Virus record (IMG/VR): IMGVR_UViG_3300043449_002450
Span: 32,001 to 96,000 of that record
Direction: 5' to 3' (one strand)
DNA: 64,000 nt
Source: a virus
In this document: piece by piece, positions 55,268 through 61,231 of the stretch
Numbering within the stretch: position 1 is the stretch's first letter
Layout of the letters: each line of letters starts with the position of its first letter
Notes under the pieces: generated by a model
Told to the model about the DNA's origin: nothing
The model's database searches: none
What the model saw: the letters and a program-made list of their open reading frames with translations, nothing else
Translations under genes and position numbers: made by a program

Positions 55268-57196
55268 ATGTCTAAGACATTCTCACTCAACCAGCTCACA
55301 GAGGGCATCAGCGATCGGAATGTGACCGATGAGGGCCGCAGGCTCCTCGAGAAGTGGAACCGCACTGGCCTTCTCCGCGGACTTGATGGCGTCAAGCGTG
55401 ACACCATGGCTCGCCTCCTCGAGAACCAGGCTTCGCAGCTTCTTCGGGAGTTCAACAGCCTCGGCTCAGGTGGTGGTAGCCAGGCTGCCGGTGGCGACAT
55501 CCGCGGCTTCACCAACATCGCCTTCCCCATCGTCCGCCGCGTCTTCGGTGGCCTCGTGGCCAACGAGCTCGTCTCGATCCAGCCCATGTCACTTCCAAGC
55601 GGACTCCTCTTCTACTTGGACTACACATACGGCTCTGACGTCGGTGGCGACGCCAACCTCGTGACCGGTAACTCCACCAGCGGCGCAACCTACAAGGCCG
55701 GCCAGTCGATCTACAACAACCCCACAGGCAAGGGCGTCCGCAGCGGATCTCTCGCCACGGGTGGTCAGTATGACCTCATCGGCACTGGCTTCACCAAGGT
55801 TCACACATCCTCACTCGTTGTGGGTGTCGCAGCCAAGGGCGCTTTCCACACAGCAGGCGGCGCAGCTTCTTCTGTTCTCGTTAGCAGCCAGCTGTGCTTT
55901 GCAACTGGCACAGACGGTCGCCTCCTCCAGTTCGACCCACAGGTCACAACTGCAATCGAGGACGATGCTGCCGATGGCGCCATCAACGGTTTCGGCCAGT
56001 TCCAGTTCCTCCTTCTCCCTGCATCCTCGTTCCCCCCGAACGTTGACTTCCAGCAGGTCAAGGAGATCGCTCTCCACTCAGCACAGGTTAGCTCGACTGC
56101 ACTCGGCCTCGCAGTTCCTGGTGAGTCGTTCCAGGGTGGAAGTGGAATCCTCAACATCCGTCGTCTCAACCAGTTCGGAACCTACGCGGGTGGCGTGTTC
56201 ACACCAAACCCACTTCTTCCATCCGGTTCATCTAACGCACACGTTCTGGTCGTTGTCTCTGGTTCATACCAGCCTAGCGCAGCTACCCCAGGACCTTACC
56301 TCACTGCATCGTATGCACTCACAGATGCACTCACAGTTGACAGCTCTGATGCCACGACTCTCACGATCCCCTCGTTCGAGTCTGACTTCAGCACGACACC
56401 CTCGGTTGTCATCCCTGAGATCGACATCAAGATCGAGAGCATCCCAGTCACTGCCACGACCCGCAAGCTCCGCGCTCGTTGGTCGCCAGAGTTGGCCCAG
56501 GACCTCAACGCCTATCACTCGATGGACGCTGAGGTGGAGCTCACCCAGATCCTCTCCGAGCAGATCGCTCTAGAGATCGACCGTGAGATCCTCAACGACC
56601 TCCTCACCGAGGCTCGAGGCGCCAACTACTACTGGTCCCGTGCACCTGGTCGATTCCTCAACAAGACGAACGGCGCCGAGATCGCTCGCTCCGACACCAC
56701 ATTCCCCGGTCCCCAGTTCACTGGCACCGTCCGTGAGTGGTACGAGACTCTCATCGAGACCGTCATTGACGTCGCCAACGAGATCCACCGCAAGACTCTC
56801 CGTGGTTCGGCCAACTTCATTGTGGTCAGCCCCGACGTCGCCACGGTCCTCGAGGCTTCGGTCATGTACAAGCCCAACTACAGCATCGACGGCCAGGGCC
56901 AGGTCGGTGGCTCCATGTCGATCGGTGCTTCACCCATCGGCACTCTGAGCAACCGCTTCACCGTCTACAAGGACCCCTACTTCCCCCGTAACAAGATCCT
57001 CGTCGGTTACAAGGGCGGCAGCTACCTCGAGACAGGCTATGTCTACGCTCCCTACGTTCCGCTCATCGTCACCCCGACGATCTTCGCTCCTGAGGACTTC
57101 ACCCCCAGGAAGGGCGTGATGACCCGTTACGGCAAGAAGATGGTTCGCGCCGACTTCTACGGAACGGTCACCTGCCTCGACATGAACATCATCTGA
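55268..57196 (+). CDS. Major capsid protein (T4 gp23-like) with enlarged insertion region
   Basis: ARLLENQ, FPIVRR, VSIQPMSLPSGLLFYLD, RKLRARWSPELAQDL..H..DAEVEL...EIDREI, VGYKG, YAPYVPL, FTPRKGVMTRY; strong C-ending codon bias; AGGAG SD. Confidence 0.97.
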   Translation: MSKTFSLNQLTEGISDRNVTDEGRRLLEKWNRTGLLRGLDGVKRDTMARLLENQASQLLREFNSLGSGGGSQAAGGDIRGFTNIAFPIVRRVFGGLVANELVSIQPMSLPSGLLFYLDYTYGSDVGGDANLVTGNSTSGATYKAGQSIYNNPTGKGVRSGSLATGGQYDLIGTGFTKVHTSSLVVGVAAKGAFHTAGGAASSVLVSSQLCFATGTDGRLLQFDPQVTTAIEDDAADGAINGFGQFQFLLLPASSFPPNVDFQQVKEIALHSAQVSSTALGLAVPGESFQGGSGILNIRRLNQFGTYAGGVFTPNPLLPSGSSNAHVLVVVSGSYQPSAATPGPYLTASYALTDALTVDSSDATTLTIPSFESDFSTTPSVVIPEIDIKIESIPVTATTRKLRARWSPELAQDLNAYHSMDAEVELTQILSEQIALEIDREILNDLLTEARGANYYWSRAPGRFLNKTNGAEIARSDTTFPGPQFTGTVREWYETLIETVIDVANEIHRKTLRGSANFIVVSPDVATVLEASVMYKPNYSIDGQGQVGGSMSIGASPIGTLSNRFTVYKDPYFPRNKILVGYKGGSYLETGYVYAPYVPLIVTPTIFAPEDFTPRKGVMTRYGKKMVRADFYGTVTCLDMNII

Positions 57197-57219
57197 TGTT
57201 CTAGCCGACAAGGCACATG

Positions 57220-57251
57220 GCGGCCACCCTTCGGGGTGGCCGCTCTTGTAT
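57220..57251 (+). terminator. Intrinsic terminator-like hairpin with C(UUCG)G tetraloop
   Basis: GCGGCCACCC-TTCG-GGGTGGCCGC perfect 10-bp stem (57220-57243) 23 nt after the capsid stop, followed by an imperfect U-tract TCTTGTAT. Confidence 0.85.
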
Positions 57252-57360
57252 CTGCACCAGCTTCTGTTGGACTTCGTCATGACTGATGGGTGTAATGTCA
57301 TCCCACTTTTTAATGTGATCTGATGAATCTGCAGTGTGTTCGGCCTATGTAATCCTAGGC

Positions 57361-57423
57361 CCAATCCAGTGATCACCTGACACCGACGGGGGATTGGAAG
57401 CATTCGGAGCATAGGAGGATCAC
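57361..57423 (+). ncRNA. Candidate cis-regulatory pseudoknotted 5' leader RNA
   Basis: CCAATCC/GGATTGG stem whose loop (GTGATC-A-CCT...CCGA) is complementary to TCGG...AGG-AG-GATCAC, covering the SD and abutting the ATG. Confidence 0.45.
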
Positions 57424-57894
57424 ATGCCAAAAACCGTAATTAGTGACGCGAAGGGCGTCGTCAACTCAGCAGGATCAGGAACAACCATCTCTAACGCTGT
57501 TACACTTAGCGGCGCGACAACTCTAAGCGGCGCGACAACTCTAAGCGGCGCGACAACTCTAAGCGGCGCTGTAACGCTAGGTGCTGCACTCGTAGGTAGT
57601 GTAGACACGCGTACTGACGCAGGCGCTGTGAGCCTTACATCTGTTGTAACGCTAGTTGTTACAACAACAGCCTCAGCACTTACACTTGCTGCAGGAACAG
57701 CAGGTCAAATTAAGATTTTGTCAATGACGACTGACGGTGGCGATGCAACACTTACGCCAGCGGGAGGCATCTTGAGCCCGTCCGCGGGCGCATTAACAAC
57801 AATCACATTTGATGCAGTGGGTGATGCTGTTACTTTGGTCTATACGGGCGCTAAGTGGGCCATAGTATCCAATTACGGTTGTGCATTAGCATAA
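57424..57894 (+). CDS. Small Ala/Gly/Thr-rich virion protein, putative head decoration/fibre
   Basis: AGGAGG SD; SGATTL repeats; C-terminal TLAAGTAGQIKIL...ITFDAVGDAVTLVYTGAKW beta-sandwich pattern; directly follows the capsid gene. Confidence 0.7.
   Translation: MPKTVISDAKGVVNSAGSGTTISNAVTLSGATTLSGATTLSGATTLSGAVTLGAALVGSVDTRTDAGAVSLTSVVTLVVTTTASALTLAAGTAGQIKILSMTTDGGDATLTPAGGILSPSAGALTTITFDAVGDAVTLVYTGAKWAIVSNYGCALA
57508..57569 (+). repeat. Perfect 18-bp tandem repeat (3.4 copies) encoding SGATTL
   Basis: AGCGGCGCGACAACTCTA at 57508, 57526 and 57544, plus a partial copy at 57562. Confidence 0.95.
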
Positions 57895-57912
57895 TAACAT
57901 TTAGGAGTCAAA

Positions 57913-58062
57913 ATGAGCACACAGATTAAGGCAGATGAAAAAACTGCTCCCAAGAAAGATCTAGCTGTAGAGGCAGCCATCAAAAAGCTGGTTCAAACTC
58001 TCGTACAGAGAGGCGTTCTTAAGTCACATGAGGCAGAAGAAGTTCTCAAAGACTTCAAGTAA
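57913..58062 (+). CDS. 49-aa hypothetical protein (not in the ORF track)
   Basis: TAGGAG SD, then MSTQIKADEKTAPKKDLAVEAAIKKLVQTLVQRGVLKSHEAEEVLKDFK*, followed by a hairpin. Confidence 0.65.
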   Translation: MSTQIKADEKTAPKKDLAVEAAIKKLVQTLVQRGVLKSHEAEEVLKDFK

Positions 58063-58078
58063 AAAGACCAAACAGCAC

Positions 58079-58105
58079 TCAAGCGTCCTCAAAAGGGGCG
58101 CTTGA
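58079..58105 (+). terminator. Hairpin, possible terminator or processing site
   Basis: TCAAGCGTCCT...GGGGCGCTTGA stem with two G-U pairs; weak downstream U-tract. Confidence 0.5.
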
Positions 58106-58145
58106 TCTGTATTTGCTGCCTACTTAATTAGGAAAGAGCGGCGAG

Positions 58146-59321
58146 GTGAATGTGTCCACATTTAGCACAACATTAAATCCAACACCATTCGGTGTATTTG
58201 ACGCTGATGTCGTCTTTCAAAACGATGCCGACAAAATGGTCACGTTTGTCAAGCGCAAGATGGGTGATGATGTCCTGTCTGTCGAGCTGACAAAGAAGAT
58301 GATCTGGGGAAACATGGAGGAGGCAGTTCTAGAGTATGGTGCTCTCCTCAATCAATACCAGGCAAAGTCACAGATGCTGACTTACCTCGGTTATACGACA
58401 GGCTCGGGCACCGAGGCAACCAATAAGTTGCCACGCGACAGCCTTGAGTATCTATCAAGATTTGCCGAGCCATATGCAGCCGAGGCTGGCATTGGGGGCT
58501 CATACAATCATTATTCTGGCTCCATTACGCTTGTCGGCGGAAAGCAAGACTACGACATCTACGACGATCTTGTTGATGCGTCTGGCACACCAATGTTCTT
58601 GACAGCATCTAATACGCCTCGAACAAAGATGAAAATCATGGAGGTCTTTCACTTTTCCCCACAGGCAGCATACAGATTCTTTGATACAACATCAGCCATC
58701 AACTATCTCAACAACGCATTCTCGTTCGAGTCATTTACGCCGGAAACAATCTTTTATGTGCTGCCCGTCTTTGAAGACGTGCTGCGTGCCGGCATGCTTG
58801 ACCTTTCTAACAGGGTTAGACGTTCAAATTACTCTTACCAGGTGATTGGTAGAAAGATTAGGATATTCCCCGCGCCCGTCAACCAGATCCCAAATAAGCT
58901 CTGGATTAGAATCAGGTATTTCAATAATCCTCTAAATCCAGACTACGAGGATGGCACAATAGGTGGTGTGTCTAACCTATCAAATATTCCATTTGGAAAC
59001 GTAACATACTCGAAGGTCAATAGCATTGGAGTGCAGTGGATCAGACAATACACGATCGCGCTGTGCATGGAGCAGCTTGGATTAATCAGAAGTAAGTTTG
59101 GAACATTACCCGTGCCTGGAGGCAACGTTACTCTAAACGGTTCTGATCTGACATCTAAGGGTCGTGAAGATAAGAAGGAACTTGTAACAAAGCTTCGTGA
59201 GATGCTTGACACGATGACCTATGACAAACTTCTCGAGACAGCAGCTTCTCGTGCTGAAAATCTCAATAAACAGCTTTCTAAGATTCCTGTGCCTAACGGC
59301 CGGGCGATCTTCATGGGATAA
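58146..59321 (+). CDS. Neck/head-tail adaptor protein (T4 gp13-like)
   Basis: FVKRKMG..VLSVELT and WIRQYTIALCMEQLG.IRSKFGTLPVPGGNVTLNG; start may be GTG 58152. Confidence 0.85.
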   Translation: MNVSTFSTTLNPTPFGVFDADVVFQNDADKMVTFVKRKMGDDVLSVELTKKMIWGNMEEAVLEYGALLNQYQAKSQMLTYLGYTTGSGTEATNKLPRDSLEYLSRFAEPYAAEAGIGGSYNHYSGSITLVGGKQDYDIYDDLVDASGTPMFLTASNTPRTKMKIMEVFHFSPQAAYRFFDTTSAINYLNNAFSFESFTPETIFYVLPVFEDVLRAGMLDLSNRVRRSNYSYQVIGRKIRIFPAPVNQIPNKLWIRIRYFNNPLNPDYEDGTIGGVSNLSNIPFGNVTYSKVNSIGVQWIRQYTIALCMEQLGLIRSKFGTLPVPGGNVTLNGSDLTSKGREDKKELVTKLREMLDTMTYDKLLETAASRAENLNKQLSKIPVPNGRAIFMG

Positions 59322-59324
59322 CAC

Positions 59325-59990
59325 ATGGCAAGATTATTCATTACGCCTCGAGAGATCAACTTCATCAATGACATCGCTAAAGAGCTTGTCAAGGATGTCG
59401 TAGGCCAGAAAATATATTACTTCTCTATAAATGAGGTCAAGACACGAGTTCATGATGTCTATGAGGAAGCTGCCGATAAAATATTTGAAAAGCCAATAGA
59501 GCTCGAGTGCCTCGTTAAATACTCACCACAAGAGATCAGAACTAACAAGTTCGGATCTGAAGAATACTACACGATTGAGGCTTACATACAGGTCAGAGAC
59601 CTCATTGATAAGCAAATTGCGCTTGCTGAGGGTGACTTCTTTACATACGGTGACACGTTCTTTGAGATCATCAAGGCGCCCAGGACCGACACAATTTTTG
59701 GTCAGATCGAGCATAAGAGCTACATCACGATCACAGGTAAGCAGTCAAGAAAGGGTCAATTCATGTCGAAGATCTTCGGACCAACGTCAGAAGAATACAC
59801 CGACGCCGACGCCGTCCAGAACACATACGTGCAACAGCGAGGTTTTGCGGAGAACAAGCTTGGAAAGACAGGAGACGTCAGAGCTTTACAGCAGAATGGC
59901 GTCCTTGACACGCCTATCAGTGGACCAGCAGAGGTGTCGCCGCTTGGTGATCCTGACAATGTTGGCTCATCTTTTTATGACGAGACCTAA
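59325..59990 (+). CDS. Neck/head closure protein (T4 gp14-like)
   Basis: ELVKDVVGQKIYY, VYEEA..KIF, EGDF; lies between gp13-like and gp15-like genes. Confidence 0.7.
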   Translation: MARLFITPREINFINDIAKELVKDVVGQKIYYFSINEVKTRVHDVYEEAADKIFEKPIELECLVKYSPQEIRTNKFGSEEYYTIEAYIQVRDLIDKQIALAEGDFFTYGDTFFEIIKAPRTDTIFGQIEHKSYITITGKQSRKGQFMSKIFGPTSEEYTDADAVQNTYVQQRGFAENKLGKTGDVRALQQNGVLDTPISGPAEVSPLGDPDNVGSSFYDET

Positions 59991-59992
59991 CA

Positions 59993-61180
59993 ATGAGGCA
60001 AAAAGAGCAGCTTAAGAAGGGTTATGAGGGTTTTAATGTCCCTGATAATTTTGAGTTTCCATCCTGCGGTGTAGAGGATGTTGATCGCGCGCTATTCGAG
60101 CTGTTCGATAAGAAGCTTGCATTTGAGGTAAAGGTCAATGAGCAGACAACAAAGGTCCCTGTCGTTTTTGCAGCAGGCGAGAGATTTGCGCTGACCCGTA
60201 GGCAGAAACCAATTAGAGATAGAAATAACGCTCTAATTCTGCCCCTTATTGCCATCAAGAGGACTTCTATCGGTTATAAGACAGAAGCAGAAGCGGGTGG
60301 CACTGCCATATCATTCCGCCAAAACACCGACTATGTCATCAGAAAGCGCTTAGATGCTTCTGATAGAAGCTACCAGAATGTTATAAACAAGCTATCCTTA
60401 AAAAATCAAGACAACGTGTCATCCCGAGCTCACTTTATCAATAACGATATATCACCTGGCAATAATACACAACCAAACACGATCACATCAAGACGCAACG
60501 GCTCGGGCATTTCATATGGTGGCGGCAAGCTAGCGTTTGGGCTGCATGATAGCATTGGGAAGAATGTCTTCGAAGTGATCACGATACCTTATCCAGTTTT
60601 TGTGCAGCTTAACTATAACATCACTTTCTGGACGCAATACATGTCACAGATGAACCAGCTTCTAGAGCTGCTTCTGATGAGGACGGATGGTCAAGGTAGA
60701 GAATTTCACCTAGTCTCAAATAAAGGATTCACATTCACTGCCTTCCTCCAGGGGTCTTTGACATCGGGCGACAACTTTGACAACTTCACAGATGATGAGC
60801 GTATTATACGATACTCATTTGACATAAGAGTCCCTGCTTATATTCTCGCGCCAAGACATCCTGGTTCACCCACACCATTTAGGAAGTTCCAGTCGGCTCC
60901 AGAGATACAGTTTGAGTTCGATGAGATCCGCAAGCAAGTTGCAGTTCCTCCTGTGACTATGACTGCTGAGAGCAAGGTCAACGCATTCATATTGACAGAC
61001 ATTAACATACTTGATGACAATGGTCACATGGTTCGTCCAAGAAATGAGTCAATGCTTGAGACAACAGTCGATACGGCAGAAGGCAGAGAATACCAGCCCT
61101 TGGTCACAAGAGAGCAGCGTCAAGGTGAGCAGATTGATCCGGGAAGGATAGTTAAAGAAATAGAGACCACTAAGATCTAG
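59993..61180 (+). CDS. Tail completion/terminator protein (T4 gp15-like)
   Basis: KVPVVFAAGERF, LPLIAIKRT, PVFVQLNYNITFWTQYMSQMNQLLE, ERIIRYSFDIRVPAY. Confidence 0.75.
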   Translation: MRQKEQLKKGYEGFNVPDNFEFPSCGVEDVDRALFELFDKKLAFEVKVNEQTTKVPVVFAAGERFALTRRQKPIRDRNNALILPLIAIKRTSIGYKTEAEAGGTAISFRQNTDYVIRKRLDASDRSYQNVINKLSLKNQDNVSSRAHFINNDISPGNNTQPNTITSRRNGSGISYGGGKLAFGLHDSIGKNVFEVITIPYPVFVQLNYNITFWTQYMSQMNQLLELLLMRTDGQGREFHLVSNKGFTFTAFLQGSLTSGDNFDNFTDDERIIRYSFDIRVPAYILAPRHPGSPTPFRKFQSAPEIQFEFDEIRKQVAVPPVTMTAESKVNAFILTDINILDDNGHMVRPRNESMLETTVDTAEGREYQPLVTREQRQGEQIDPGRIVKEIETTKI

Positions 61181-61200
61181 TCATTTCAACCTTTGCCGGG

Positions 61201-61207
61201 ATATGTA
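61201..61207 (+). promoter_or_regulatory. Putative late promoter motif ATATGTA
   Basis: Instance in the intergenic gap before the sheath gene. Confidence 0.5.
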
Positions 61208-61231
61208 TTTGGTAGAACGCCTGGAGAGAAA

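Noticed and set aside
55761-56573. 270-aa +1-frame ORF and several antisense ORFs over the capsid and scaffold genes
   Set aside because: Explained by C-ending codon bias removing off-frame stops; the products are Ser/Arg-rich with no recognisable motifs.
57320-57326. Hammerhead ribozyme core (CTGATGA)
   Set aside because: No downstream GAAA in a compatible stem arrangement.
57197-58145. tRNA genes in the larger intergenic spaces
   Set aside because: No cloverleaf or GTTCRA T-loop pattern found by eye; tRNAscan-SE would settle it.
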